From an uncultured Acidobacteriota bacterium (GTDB lineage: Bacteria; Acidobacteriota; Thermoanaerobaculia; UBA5066; Gp7-AA6): 64,000 nt of DNA. The notes under the pieces were generated by a model that did no database searches, had not been told where the DNA came from, and was given only the letters and a program-made list of their open reading frames with translations. Shown in pieces: positions 1-13,012 of this stretch. The DNA lies in the NCBI GenBank assembly GCA_963765835.1, contig CAVXYF010000016.1, positions 8,050 through 72,049 of the forward strand. Direction: 5' to 3'. Numbering within the stretch: position 1 is the stretch's first letter; each line of letters starts with the position of its first letter. The position numbers and the translations under genes were made by a program.

Positions 1-660
1 TGGAACGGAGGATCCCTTCTCCGCGACGCGCGGCCTCGCGCGCAGATCGGCGAGCTTCGCCCGATACCAGCGGCCCACGGCGGAGAGGATCACCATCGCG
101 AGCAGGGCGACGACGGAGAACCAGGCGATGCTCGGCTGCCCGAACGGTACGACGATGAAGGCCGCGAGCAGCGGCCCGAGCGCGCTTCCCATATTGCCGC
201 CGACCTGGAACACCGATTGCGCCAGGCCATGCCGCCCGCCCGAGGCGAGGCGCGCGACGCGGGAGGATTCCGGGTGGAAGACCGAGGAGCCCATGCCGAT
301 CAGGGCCGCGGCGAGCAGCAGCATCGGATAGGACCCGGCCCGCGACAGCGTCAGCAGGCCGACGAGGGTAAAGCCCATGCCGACGACCAGCGAGAACGGC
401 TGCGGCCGGCGGTCGGTGAAGGTCCCGACCAGGGGCTGGAGCAGCGAGGCGGTGCACTGGAAGGTCAGCGTCAGAAGCCCGATCTGGCCGAAATCCAGAT
501 GGAAGCTGCTCTTGAGGATCGGGTAGATCGCCGGCAGCAGGGACTGCATCAGGTCGTTCAGCAGGTGGGAGACGCTGATGGCCGCCAGGATCGGAACCGC
601 GACGCGCTCCGCTGATGGACGGGCAGGCGCGACGGAGATGGCGGAGGATTCGGTGGTCAT
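1..660 (-). CDS. MFS transporter (Fsr/fosmidomycin-resistance-like), 3' end beyond window start
   Basis: Manual minus-strand translation from the ATG at 660..658 gives MTTESSAISVAPA...LLNDLMQSLLPAIYP...GMGSSVFHPESSRVARLASGG.... This is MFS-like with multiple TM segments. It is absent from the ORF track because it runs off the window edge. Confidence 0.75.
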   Translation of the reverse strand, partial: MTTESSAISVAPARPSAERVAVPILAAISVSHLLNDLMQSLLPAIYPILKSSFHLDFGQIGLLTLTFQCTASLLQPLVGTFTDRRPQPFSLVVGMGFTLVGLLTLSRAGSYPMLLLAAALIGMGSSVFHPESSRVARLASGGRHGLAQSVFQVGGNMGSALGPLLAAFIVVPFGQPSIAWFSVVALLAMVILSAVGRWYRAKLADLRARPRVAEKGSSVP

Positions 661-931
661 CGACAGTCTTCTTGATGCAGCCAAGCTTGCGTTCGAGCCG
701 GGCCTGAGGCGTTTCCAGATCTTCCTATAGACCAGAATGGAGGACCGATCTCCACCCGCTCCTGCAGGGCTGGGTTACGGCCCAGGTAGGGCCTGCCCTC
801 GCTTCGGCCCCTGCGGCAATGAAACACTAGAACGCATCGGCCACACCTTTACCCTATTTGGCCTTAAGCTGCCGAGGATCTCGCCAATTGGCCCGCGACA
901 TGGGCAAAAACATAAGACCAAGGGGTATTTC

Positions 932-2145
932 ATGTCGCAAGCCACGGCCTACGAGCAGTTCATGCTCGAACTGGTGAACCGCGAGCGTGCCAAGACGGGC
1001 GCCCAGCCGCTCGTCTTCAACGGCAACCTCAACGATTCTGCGGATGCGCACAGCAGCTGGATGATCGGAACCGATACCTTCTCCCACATCGGGCTGAGTG
1101 GCTCGTCGCCGACCGACCGGATGAGGAATGCCGGCTACGCCTTCTCCGGAACCTGGGCCTCGGCCGAGAACATCGCCTGGGCGAGCACGCGCGACCCGGC
1201 GGGCTATCAGGACGAGGTGCAGCTGCTGCACACGAACCTGATGAACAGCCCCGGCCACAAGGCCAATATCCTCAACGGCACTTATCGCGAGATCGGCATC
1301 GGCTTCCAGACCGGCGCCTACCAGACCTGGGACGGCGCCTTCGTCACCCAGAATTTCGCCCTGTCCGGCACAAAGGTTTTCCTCACCGGCGTGACCATGG
1401 ACGACAAGGACGGCGACCATTTCTACGATGTCGGAGAAGGATTGGGCGGCCTCACGATCACCGCCGTCAGCACGACGGGCGCGAGCACCAGCACCACCTC
1501 CCAGAGCGCCGGCGGCTACAGCCTCGCGCTGGATCCCGGCACCTATACGATCACCTTCTCCGGCGGCGGCTATTCCTCCGTGACCAAGACGGTGACCGTC
1601 GGCTCCAAGAACGTGAAGCTCGATCTCGTCGATCCCGCCGGAGCACCCGTGGCCACTCCGACGGCAGCCGATCGACGGCACCGCCGCCGGCAACACCCTC
1701 AACGGCACGGGCGGCGCCAACACGATCAACGGCCTCGCCGGCAACGACAGGATCTACGGCAAGGCCGGAAGCGACCGTCTCTATGGCGGAACGGGCAACG
1801 ACAAGCTCTACGGCGATGCCGGCAATGACCGGCTCTATGGGGATTCCGGCAAGGACATTCTCAACGGCGGCAGCGGCAACGACATCCTCACCGGCGGCAC
1901 GAACGCAGATACGTTCCGCTTCTCGGGCAAGTGGGGGAAGGACAAGATCGTCGACTTCAAGAATGCCAGCGACCACATCGATCTGCGCGGCAATGGTCTG
2001 AGCTTCGACAAGCTGAGCATCGGCGCAGTACAACGCGGACAGCGACGGCAAGGCGGACGACGTGCTGATCAAGGCCGGCAGCCAGTCGATCACGCTGCTC
2101 AACGTGAAGCTCGCGCTGATCGGCGCTTCCGACTTTTTGTTCTGA
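932..2145 (+). CDS. Secreted CAP/SCP-domain protein fused to RTX (GGxGxD) calcium-binding repeats; two apparent frameshifts (about 1660, about 2030)
   Basis: ATG at 932 with an AAGGGG RBS. The CAP-domain signature is LVNRERAKTG...HSSWM...FSHIG...ENIAW. The RTX nonapeptides GNDRIYGKAGSDRLYGGTGNDKLYGDAGNDRLYGDSGKD sit in another frame, and the C-terminus ...LLNVKLALIGASDFLF* sits in a third frame. Confidence 0.6.
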
Positions 2146-2160
2146 GACAAGACGAATTCA

Positions 2161-2194
2161 AAAAAGGCGGGCCCGACGGCCCGCCTTTCTCATT
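2161..2194. terminator. Bidirectional rho-independent terminator hairpin between convergent genes
   Basis: aaaaaGGCGGGCCcgacGGCCCGCCtttctcatt. An 8-bp GC stem is flanked by an A-run and a T-run, between the CAP/RTX gene (+) and the dicarboxylate symporter (-). Confidence 0.6.
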
Positions 2195-2212
2195 GGCTCG
2201 CTTGCACGACGA

Positions 2213-3488
2213 TCACTCGGCGGCGACGAGAACGGCTTCTCCCGCCGGCGTGTGCGTCTCGACGGCGCCGTCATAGACGGCCCGGTCGAGAACGCGCTCC
2301 TCCTGCGCCACGATCACCGGCACGAGGATCTGGCCCGTCACGTTGGTCATGGTGCGCATCATGTCGACGACGCGGTCGATGGCGACGATGTAGCCGATGC
2401 CCTCCAGCGGCAGGCCCGCGGTGCTCAAGGTCAGCGTCAGCATGACGATGGAGGTGCCCGGCACGCCGGCGGTGCCGAGCGAGCCCAGAACGGCGGTGAG
2501 GCCGATCAGCACATACTGCGTCAGCGAGAGGTCGAGGCCGAAATACTGCGCGATGAAGATCGAGGCGATGGCGGGATAGATCGCGCCGCAGCCGTCCATC
2601 TTCACATTGGCGCCGAGCGGCACCGCGAAGCTCGCATAGCTCTGCGGCACGCCGAGCTTCTCGACGGCGACGCGCAGGGACATCGGCAGCGTGGCGAGGC
2701 TCGACGAGGTGGCGAAGGCCATCTGCATCGCAGGCGCCGCGCCGCGGAAGAAGCGGCCGACCTTCAGGCCGTGCAGCTTCAAGCAGGCCGCCATAGACCA
2801 CGACGATGTGGAACAGGCAGGCGAGATACATGGCCGCGATGAACTTGCCGAGCGGCAGCAGCGAGGCAAGGCCGTAGCGCCCGACGACCCAGGCGATCAG
2901 GCCGAAGGTGCCGATGGGCGTGAGCTGCAGCACCCAGCGCGTGATGCGGAAGACGAGCGTCGCGCCCTGATCGACCAGGTCGCGGATGCCGGCGGTCTTC
3001 TCGCCGAGCGAGACGAGCGCCGCACCGACGATGCCGGCGAAGAACAGCACCTGCAGCACGTTGGTGTCGGCCATGGCCTTGATCGGGTTCGTCGGCACGA
3101 TGCCGATCAGCACCTCGAGCGGGCTCGGGATCGTGCGCGGCTTCACCTCGCCGAGCGGCAGGTTCGACAGGCCGAGGCCGGGATCGATCAGATGGCCGAA
3201 GGCGATGCCCACGAGCACGGCGATGGCCGAGGTGGCGATGAACCAGAACAGGGTGCGCAACCCTAAGCTTGCCACGTTGCCGGCTTCCGCCAGCTTGGCC
3301 ACGCTCGACGTGATGGTGAAGAACACGAGCGGGATGACGATCATCCGCACGAGGTTCAGGTAGATGTCGCCGAGCGGCTTGAACCAGATCGCCGCCTGCT
3401 CGCCCGCCAGCACGCCGGCCAGGATGCCGAGGGCGAAGCCCACCGCGACCCGCTGCCAGAGCGGGCGGGTAAACCACGATTTCAACAT
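2213..3488 (-). CDS. dctA: Dicarboxylate/amino acid:cation symporter (DctA/GltP family); one frameshift near 2797
   Basis: The two minus ORFs 2271..3488 and 2213..2869 join at ...VVVYGGLL|KLHGLKVGRFFRGAAPAMQMAFATSSSLATLPMS.... A 1-bp indel sits in CTTGAAGCTG. Confidence 0.75.
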
Positions 3489-3671
3489 GTTGATTGCCTT
3501 ATATTCACGAATTTACGTGCAAATAAGAGCTTTCGGCGCAAAAGCTCAATTGCGGCCGGCGCAGGGCAGGGTCTGGAGCGCCGCATGGGTAGGAGTGGGC
3601 TCACAATGGCGTGTGAGGACGTTGCCCCTCCGGAACGCCCGTCCATCTTCGGTTCTTGTCCGACAGCGACC

Positions 3672-4801
3672 ATGGATGTCCCGAGCTCTTCATGCATCTC
3701 CTCTCAAGCTTCGCCCGACCCTAAAGCCGGATTGGCGTTCCTCCTGGCGCTGACCTTCGCGAGCGGCGCGTCCGCCCAGCCTGCCGCCCCTCCTCTCACG
3801 CCGGACAGGACGCTGATCGAGGAGACGGTCGAGCGCGCCGCGGCTCTGCCCAATCTCCGCTCGCTCATCGTGTCCCATGACGGCAACGGTGCTGGCGGAA
3901 CGGGCGCTCCAGGGCGCGCGGCTCGACCGGCCGACGAACATCAAGTCGGCCTCCAAGACGATCATGTCGGCGCTCGTCGGCATCGCCATCGAGCGCGGCG
4001 TCCTGCAGGGCACCGGGCAGCCCATCGCATCGATCCTGGGGCCGAGCATTCCGTCCGATGCCGATGCGCGGATCCGGCAGGTCACCATCGGCCATCTCCT
4101 GTCCATGCAGGCAGGATTGGAGCGCACCTCGGGCCGCAATTACGGCGCCTGGATCGGCAGCGGCAACTGGGTCCGCTACGCGCTCTCGCGTCCCTTCGTC
4201 GACGAGCCCGGCGGGCGCATGCTCTATTCCACCGGCAGCACGCATCTCCTCTCGGCGGCACTGACGCGCGCCGCGAAGCGCAGCACCCTGGAGCTTGCCC
4301 GCGACTGGCTCGGCGAGCCGCTCGAGATCACGATCGCGCCGTGGACACGCGATCCGCAGGGCATCTTTCTCGGCGGCAACGAGATGGCGCTCTCGCCCCG
4401 CGCGCTTCATCGCTTCGGCGAGATGTACCGGCTCGGCGGCACTCATCGACGGCAAGCGCGTGGTGCCGGAGAACTGGATTCGGGAATCCTGGACGCCGCG
4501 CACGTCCTCGCCCTTCACCGGCGACCGATACGGCTATGGCTGGTTCCTGCGCGAGATGCACGGACACATGGCCTATTACGCCTGGGGCTTCGGCGGGCAG
4601 ATGCTCTACGTGATCCCGAGCCTCGGGCTGACGGTGACGATGACCTCCAATTCCACGGAACCCTCGCGTGAGGACAATTATGTCGGACAGCTTCACGCGC
4701 TCGTCGCGGACGGCATCGTTCCGGCGTTGCTGCCGAAGCAGAACGAGACGACCGGCAGCTTGGGAACGAACGATCCGCAGCCGTCCGAGAAACCGCTTTA
4801 G
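3672..4801 (+). CDS. Serine hydrolase, beta-lactamase/PBP4*-like family (SxxK = SASK); two frameshifts (about 3893, about 4440)
   Basis: Signal-peptide-like N-terminus MDVPSSS...AGLAFLLALTFASGASAQP. The motif ...LIVSHDG|VLAERALQGARLDRPTNIKSASKT... is present. The C-terminal part ...YGYGWFLREMHGHMAYYAWGFGGQMLYVIPSLGLTVTMTS lies across three frames. Confidence 0.65.
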
Positions 4802-4896
4802 GTGTGATGCATGTTTCCTCTTCCTTGCGAGAAGGGATGACGGGTGAAGGTCGGAACTCGACACCTCATCCAGCATGCACAAAGTCTATACAGCAC

Positions 4897-4940
4897 ATCC
4901 CCTCTCCCGAGCGGGAGAGGGGCAGGGGTGAGGGTTGGGA
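4897..4940. repeat. REP-like GC-rich palindromic element (copy 1)
   Basis: tcccCTCTCCCGagcgGGGAGAGGggcaggggtgaggg. An internal hairpin is followed by a G-rich tail. Related copies are at 5011..5049 (inverted) and 15131..15164. Confidence 0.6.
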
Positions 4941-5010
4941 CGCTTCACCAGTCAAGCGCCATCGTCTCCGCTGCAACAAGTCGCTCTCAGCACTTCATTC
5001 GGCACCGGCC

Positions 5011-5049
5011 TTCCCTCACCCCGACCCTCTCCCACCCGGGAGAGGGAGA
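5011..5049. repeat. REP-like GC-rich palindromic element (copy 2, inverted)
   Basis: ccctcaccccgaccCTCTCCCaccCGGGAGAGgg. Its reverse complement matches copy 1. Confidence 0.6.
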
Positions 5050-5064
5050 AATGCCAATCTGGTT

Positions 5065-5508
5065 TTAAGATTTCACCTTCCCGGCGGCTTTCTTCGACGT
5101 GTTCAGCGCGACCGCCGCACGAATGAGCGCCTTCAACGCCTCTTCATCGATCGTCTCGCCCTCACGGATATCGATGGCGCGCCTGGTATTGCCTTCGAGG
5201 CTGGAATTGAAGAGGCCTGAAGGATCCTCCAGCGAAGCCCCCTTGGCGAAGGTCAGCTTCACGACGTTCTTGTAGGTCTCGCCGGTGCAGATGATGCCGG
5301 CATGCGACCACACCGGAACGCCTCGCCATTTCCACTCCTCGATCACGTCGGGATCGGCCTGCTTGATGAGAGATCGGACCCGGGCGAGCGTCTCACCGCG
5401 CCAGTCGCTCAACTCCTCGATCTTCGCATCGATCAGCCGAGAGGGATTGTCTCCTCCATTGGCCTCCACCGCATCGTTCTTCTTCATGATTGTCGTCGCT
5501 TTCTTCAT
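5065..5508 (-). CDS. DUF1801 domain protein
   Basis: The intact 147-aa ORF MKKATTIMKKNDAVEANGG...EELSDWRGETLARVRSLIKQADPDVIEEWKW... is a typical DUF1801/YdhG-like sequence. Confidence 0.6.
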   Translation of the reverse strand: MKKATTIMKKNDAVEANGGDNPSRLIDAKIEELSDWRGETLARVRSLIKQADPDVIEEWKWRGVPVWSHAGIICTGETYKNVVKLTFAKGASLEDPSGLFNSSLEGNTRRAIDIREGETIDEEALKALIRAAVALNTSKKAAGKVKS

Positions 5509-5520
5509 GGTCGTTGCCGC

Positions 5521-6033
5521 TCACATTCGTTCGCCGGGCAATTGGCTGGCTTGCTTCACCCAGTCGACGAACTGAGCTTCGTCGAGTCGGTCATCCTCAT
5601 GGATGTCGAGGTAGCGCACTTCCTTTTGCTTGGACTCGCCGGGAGGGACAGGGTTCAGCGACGTGCCGCGGAAGAAAGCCACCTTGATGTATTTTGTGAA
5701 GCAATGAAGGCTGAGGAACCAGCCCTCGCCCTCGACGCCATAGAACGGCGAGTTCCATTTGACGGCCTTGCGCACGTCGGGGAACGTGCGCGCGATGAGC
5801 GCGTCGAGGCGGCGTCCGACATCGCTTTTCCAGCCCGGCATGGCGGCGATATAGGCCTGCACGGGAGCATCGCCATAGCCTTTCGCGATCTGGGGATTGC
5901 CACCCGAGAGGAGAGTCGGCTGCGCGGCGTTGGCCGGCTTGCGGATCGACGACTTCTGAGGTGTGGCCGCCTTTGCGGCCTTCGCCGGCTTCTTGGGCGT
6001 CTTTTAACCGCAGGATCGGTCATGATGGGTGCC
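5521..6033 (-). CDS. DUF1801 domain protein; frameshift in an AAAA homopolymer near the 5' end
   Basis: C-terminal part ...QAYIAAMPGWKSDVGRRLDALIARTFPDVRKAVKWNSPFYGVEGEGWFLSLHCF.... The N-terminus MTDPAVKKTPKKPAKAAKAATPQKSS... is recovered by a 1-nt shift in gttAAAAga. Confidence 0.55.
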
Positions 6034-6090
6034 TTCATGATTGGCGATGTGCTGATGCGCTTCATACTGCTCCTATTGTGTAAACGAGCC

Positions 6091-6813
6091 CTAATCCAGC
6101 AGCAGCTTCAGCACCAGCGGCAGAAGCAGCGCGGTGACGAGCGCGTTGAGGCCCATGGCGATGCCGGCGAAGGTGCCGGCGAGCGAATTGACCTGAAACG
6201 CGCGCGCCGTCCCGATGCCGTGCGAGGCGAGCCCCACCGCGAAGCCGCGGGCGCGCCAGTCCTTCATGCGCAAGGCGTTCATGAGCGGCGTGACCATGAT
6301 CGAACCGGTGACGCCGGTGAGCATGACGAGAATGGCGGTGAGAGCCGGATCGCCGCCGAGCGCTTCCGTGATGCCCATGCCCACCGGCGCGGTGACGGAT
6401 TTCGGCGCGAGCGAGATGAGAATGGATTTCGGCATGCCGAAGAGCTGCGCGATGCCCACCGCCGAGACGATGGCGGTCACCGAGCCGACCACGAGCGCCA
6501 CCGTCATCGGCACGATGGAGCGCAGCACGATGTGCCGGTTCTCGTAGAGCGGAATGGCCAGCGCCACGGTCGCGGGACCGAGCAGGAAATGCACGAATTT
6601 CGCGCCCTCGAAATAGACCGGATAGGATGTGCGCGTCGCCCACAGCACGAGCGCGACGGCGACGACCGAGATCAGCACCGGATTGAAGAGCGGATGCCGC
6701 TTGAAGGCCTGCGAGATGCGGTCCGCGACGATATAGGCGCAGAGCGTCACGACGAGCCAGAGCAGCGGGGTCTGCGAGAGATAGACCCAGAGCGAGAAGG
6801 CCTGGTCAGTCAC
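6091..6813 (-). CDS. lrgB: LrgB/CidB family membrane protein
   Basis: Intact 240-aa polytopic membrane ORF with typical LrgB sequence (…GIGTARAFQVNSLAGTFAGIAMGLNALVTALLLPLVL). It overlaps the upstream lrgA stop. Confidence 0.8.
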   Translation of the reverse strand: MTDQAFSLWVYLSQTPLLWLVVTLCAYIVADRISQAFKRHPLFNPVLISVVAVALVLWATRTSYPVYFEGAKFVHFLLGPATVALAIPLYENRHIVLRSIVPMTVALVVGSVTAIVSAVGIAQLFGMPKSILISLAPKSVTAPVGMGITEALGGDPALTAILVMLTGVTGSIMVTPLMNALRMKDWRARGFAVGLASHGIGTARAFQVNSLAGTFAGIAMGLNALVTALLLPLVLKLLLD

Positions 6814-7207
6814 GGGCTTTGCCCTCCTCCGCGGATTCCATCGACGAGCCGCTGAGACGCGACACCACGACGAAGGTCACCACCGTCACGACCAGGGTCA
6901 CGAAGGTCGATACGACGAGCGCGACGGCAAGGCCGGTGCCGTAATCCGCCAGCACGTCGAGCCGCTGAACCACGCCGACGCTCGCGGGAATGAAGAGCAG
7001 CGAGAGATGCGCCAGAAGCCCCTTGCCCGTCGAGTCGAGGGTCTTGCCGAGTTCGGGCACCTTTTTCGCGACGCTGTCGCGCAGGCTCAGGAAGACGAGG
7101 AGAAAAAGCATCCCGAGCACCGGACCGGGCAGCGGCCAGCCGAGCCCGCGGGCGACGACCTCGCCGAGGAGCTGGCAGAGGAGGATGACGGTCAGGCCGA
7201 TGATCAT
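6806..7207 (-). CDS. lrgA: CidA/LrgA holin-like family protein
   Basis: 133-aa membrane protein MIIGLTVILLCQLLGEVVARGLGWPLPGPVLGMLFLL.... It overlaps lrgB by 8 nt, so the two are an operon. Confidence 0.8.
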   Translation of the reverse strand: MIIGLTVILLCQLLGEVVARGLGWPLPGPVLGMLFLLVFLSLRDSVAKKVPELGKTLDSTGKGLLAHLSLLFIPASVGVVQRLDVLADYGTGLAVALVVSTFVTLVVTVVTFVVVSRLSGSSMESAEEGKARD

Positions 7208-7384
7208 GGAAAAGCCTCTCTATCCGGCCGCGCGATAACACGGGTGCGGAGCCCCTGGTATAATGGCCGCGGTCCGATGCAAAGCGCCCGCCTCCGACAG
7301 ATCGGGCCGGCATTGTTGCGCCAAGCTTGACCATGATACGAACCGGAGGAGCACGGTCAAAGGGCACGGAGGGCGAAAAGCCGG

Positions 7385-8646
7385 ATGGACGATACCTCTC
7401 TCTTCTTTCGCCTGGCGGTCGCCCTCGCCATCGGCCTGCTCGTCGGCCTGGAGCGCGGCTGGCAGCAGCGGGAGCGAGGCGGAGGGAGAGCGCACCGCGG
7501 GCCTGCGCACCTACACGCTGGTCGCCCTGCTCGGCGCCCTGTCGGCGGTCCTGACGAGCCATACCGATGCCGCCTTCCTCGCCCTCTCGTTTCTCGGCTT
7601 TTCCCTGGCCTTCACCGCCTTCTCCTGGCTGGAGGCGAAGGCGGAGGGCAATTTCAGCGTCACCGGCGTCGTGGCCGGGCTCATCACCTTCGCCCTCGGC
7701 GCCTATGCGGTGCTCGGCGAGCTTCAGGTTGCGATCGCGGCCGGCGTGGTCGTCACCCTCATCCTGGCGCTGAAGCGGCCGCTCCACCAATGGCTGCGGC
7801 AGCTGACCTGGCTGGAGATCCGCTCCGCGCTGATCCTGCTCGCCATGACGTTCCTGGCGCTGCCGCTGCTGCCGGACCGGACGGTCGATCCATGGGATTC
7901 CGTCAACCCATCGGAGATCTGGCTGCTCGCCATCATCATCGCGGCGGTGTCCTTCGCCGGCTACATCGCGGTCAAGATCATGGGGAGCCAGGCCGGCGTG
8001 GCGCTTGCGGCGCTCGCAGGCGGCCTCGCCTCCTCCACCGCCACCACGGTCACCCTCGCGCCGCATGGCGCGCGAGCATCCGGATGCGAGCCCGCTGCTC
8101 GCCGGCGGCATCCTTCTGTCGGGTTCGGTGATGGTCGCCCGCGTGCTGGTCGTGGCGAGCGCCCTGAACCGGGAACTTCTCCTCCCGCTCGCATGGCCCC
8201 TCGGCGCGGCAGGCCTCGTGATGATCGCGACCGCAGGCCTGCTGTTCTTCACCCACGGCAGAGGACGCAGCGAGCATCCGCAGCTTTCCATGAAGAGCCC
8301 CTTCGAGCTCGGCACCGCGTTGAAGCTCGCAGGTTTGATCGCCGTGATCAGCCTGCTGGCGAAGGTGATCAGCACATCCGTGGGCGATGCCGGCATCACC
8401 GTTCTGGCGATCCTCTCCGGCATCGCCGATGTGGATGCCATCACGCTCTCGCTGGCGCGACTGGCGAATAACGGCATCGGCCTTGCGACCGCAGCGCTCG
8501 GCATCGCCATCGCCGCGGCGGTGAACACGGTCGTGAAGGCCGGGATGACGGTGAGCTTAGGGGGAATGAAGGCCGGCTGGATCGTGTCGGCGGCGAGCGC
8601 CGCCGCCATCGCGGCGGGCGGCGCGGCCTTCGCGTTCTTCGGCTGA
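7385..8646 (+). CDS. MgtC/SapB N-terminal domain + DUF4010 membrane protein; frameshifts about 7470 and about 8060
   Basis: [30 protein letters not shown]... is an MgtC-like start. The rest of the protein is distributed over ORFs 7385, 7263 and 8005 and ends ...[14 protein letters not shown]. Confidence 0.6.
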
Positions 8647-8658
8647 CAGGAACGGAAT

Positions 8659-8690
8659 GAAAAAGGCGGGTCGTGAGACCCGCCTTTGAA
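8659..8690. terminator. Bidirectional terminator between MgtC-like (+) and rpoD (-)
   Basis: gaaaaaGGCGGGTCgtgaGACCCGCCtttgaa. Confidence 0.6.
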
Positions 8691-8697
8691 CTCTGCT

Positions 8698-10704
<2,007 letters not shown>

Positions 10705-10807
10705 GCTTTGCTCAACTCCAGCGCCCCGCCCGTCCCCCCTACAGGACCTGCGATGCGCGAATGGGCGGCAAGCCTGGAAGGCTCCACCACCCGAAATTCA
10801 TTCCCGA

Positions 10808-12797
10808 CTATAAACAGCGAGTCGCTTGACTAACCGTTAACCATCCCCTGCTCGGACTGCGGCAGCCGCCCTGCCTGCCGCACCCTGACGTGTGAGACAT
10901 CAGTGACCCCCGAGAGATCCCTGCATCGTCCATGTCGGCCTCGGCACCTTCGACGGAGGACAGCTGGTTTTGGACCTCCCGCAGCCAGGCGAGATTGGCC
11001 TCATTGTCCTCTTCGGCGAGCGCGCGCTCGGCAGCCCGAAGTTCGCTATGTAACGTGCGTGCGCGGCGATGCAAGGTGATGGCTTGCCTCAATGCGTCCT
11101 CAAGCCGCAAGGGATCCGCATGCGGATCGAGCATCCACCGGTCGCCGGGACGGACCAGAGCCGTCAGCCTGTCCGCCGCCGGCGTCAGGCCGGCCCGTTC
11201 CAGGCGAGCCTTCATGACCGCCGGATCGGCAGGTTCGCCGCTCGCCGCTCCATCGAGCAGGAGACTGCGCACCATTTGGGTGGCCCGGCCCTCAAGTTCA
11301 AGATCTGCAAGGGTTTCCGCATGATTTTGAACGAGTTCCGGATGGATCAGGAACGTGCAGAGGATCATCGCCTCCCGGGGGCTCTCCGCCGTGTCGCCGG
11401 CAAAAAGCGCGCTGCGCGCGAGCAGCGGCGACGACGCTCAGGCGGGCGCTCGGCGTCATCGGCTGAGGCCGCTGGAAGTCCCGCCGGGAGCCGCCGCCCT
11501 GGCGGTTGAAACGGCCCGACCGGGTGTCGGGACTTAAGCCCGAAAGCCGGCTTTCGACCTCCTCCCGGTAGTAGCGCTTGAGGGTTTCGTCGCGAATCAG
11601 CGCAAGTGATTCGCGCAGGCGCCGCTCCAGGGCCGCCCGCCGCTCCGGCGTATCGAGCGGTCCCGCCTCGAGCTCCCGCGCCCAGAGCACGTCCACGAGG
11701 GGCCGCGCCGAGGCCAGCACCCGCTCGACGGCGGCGCTGCCGCCGGCGCGGGCGAGATCGTCGGGGTCCTGCCCCTCCGGCAGCATGGCGAAGCGCAGGG
11801 ACTTGCCCGGCGTCAGGTTGGGCAGGGCCACGTCGAGCGCCCGGTAGGCCGCCCGCTGCCCGGCCTTGTCGCCGTCGAAGCAGAGGATCGGCTCCTCCGC
11901 GAGGCGCCAGAGCAGGGTCGAGCTGGTCCTCGGTCAGCGCGGTGCCGAGCGGCGCGACCGCGTGGGGAAAGCCCGCGACGGTCAAGCGAAATCACGTCCA
12001 CATAGCCCTCGACCGCGATCACCGTGCCCCGGTCATGGGCCGGCTGGCGGGCGGCGTGATAGTTGTAGAGCAGCCGCCCCTTGTTGAAGAGCGGCGTATC
12101 GGGGGAGTTGAGGTACTTGGCCGGCACGTCGGCGCTCATGGCCCGCCCGCCGAAGGCGATGACCCGGCCGCGCACGTCGCAGATCGGGAACATGACCCGG
12201 TCGCGGAAGCGGTCGTAGGGGATCTTCACGTCCTCGCCCGTGATCAGCGAGCCCGGCCTCCTCCATCATCTCGACGGTCACGCCCTTGCCGGCGAGATGA
12301 TCGCGCAGGGCGAAGCGCTCGGGCGGCGCATAGCCGATGCGGAAGCGCACCTGCGTGTCGCGGCTCAAGGAGCGCCCGGCGAGGTAGTCCCGCGCCTTCG
12401 CCCCGAAGCGGCCCTGCAGCGAGGCCTCGAAGAACTCCGCCGCCATCTCCATGACGTCGTGGAGGCTCTTGCGCTTGACCTCCTCTTCCCGGTCCTCGCG
12501 GGAGAGCTTCGGCAGGGGCACCCCCGCCTCGCCGGCGAGCCGCTCGACGGCCTCGGGAAAGGACAGCCCCTCGGTCTCCATGAGGAAGGTGAAGATGTCC
12601 CCGTGCTTGCCGGAGGAGAAGCAATGGTAGAACTGCTTCTGGTCGTTCACGTAGAAGGACGGCGTCTTCTCCGCGTTGAACGGCGACAGCCCCTTCCACT
12701 CCCGCCCCGCCTTCTTCAGCCGCACGCGCTTGCCGACGACCGCCGAGGTCGGCAGCCGGGCGCGGATCTCTTCGAGGATCTGGGGCGGGTAGCGCAC
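10808..12797 (-). CDS. dnaG: DNA primase DnaG; multiple frameshifts, 3' end uncertain (about 10810-10930)
   Basis: GTG start VRYPPQILEEIRARLP. The zinc-finger region ...FYHCFSSGKHGDIFTF... and the TOPRIM region ...IAVEGYVDVISL... are present. The C-terminal helicase-binding region ...NLAWLREVQNQLSSVEGAEADMDDAG lies in shifted frames. dnaG sits directly upstream of rpoD as in most Proteobacteria. Confidence 0.85.
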
Positions 12798-13012
12798 GAG
12801 GCGTGAATCTCCAAACCTGCTCCATAAACTAGAGCGGCTGCCGGCGAGGTTAAAAACCCAAGGCCACGCTTTTCTGTGCCCGCAATCCACAGGGCTGGAT
12901 CCAGGAGTCTTGCTTCTCAAGACCGCCTCCGACGGAACCACGAAGCGTGGCCGTCGATTGAATAGGATAGAAGCCTTTCCTGTGAAAGGTATGTCCAAGC
13001 CAGGGCCGACCC

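Noticed and set aside
5655-6065. 136-aa Arg/Ser-rich ORF
   Set aside because: It is an out-of-frame reading of the 5' part of the DUF1801 gene. The correct N-terminus is recovered by a 1-nt shift.
6810-8609. 599-aa minus-strand ORF
   Set aside because: Arg/Gly/Pro-rich low-complexity translation lying antisense to the MgtC-like gene and upstream region. This is a typical spurious high-GC antisense ORF.
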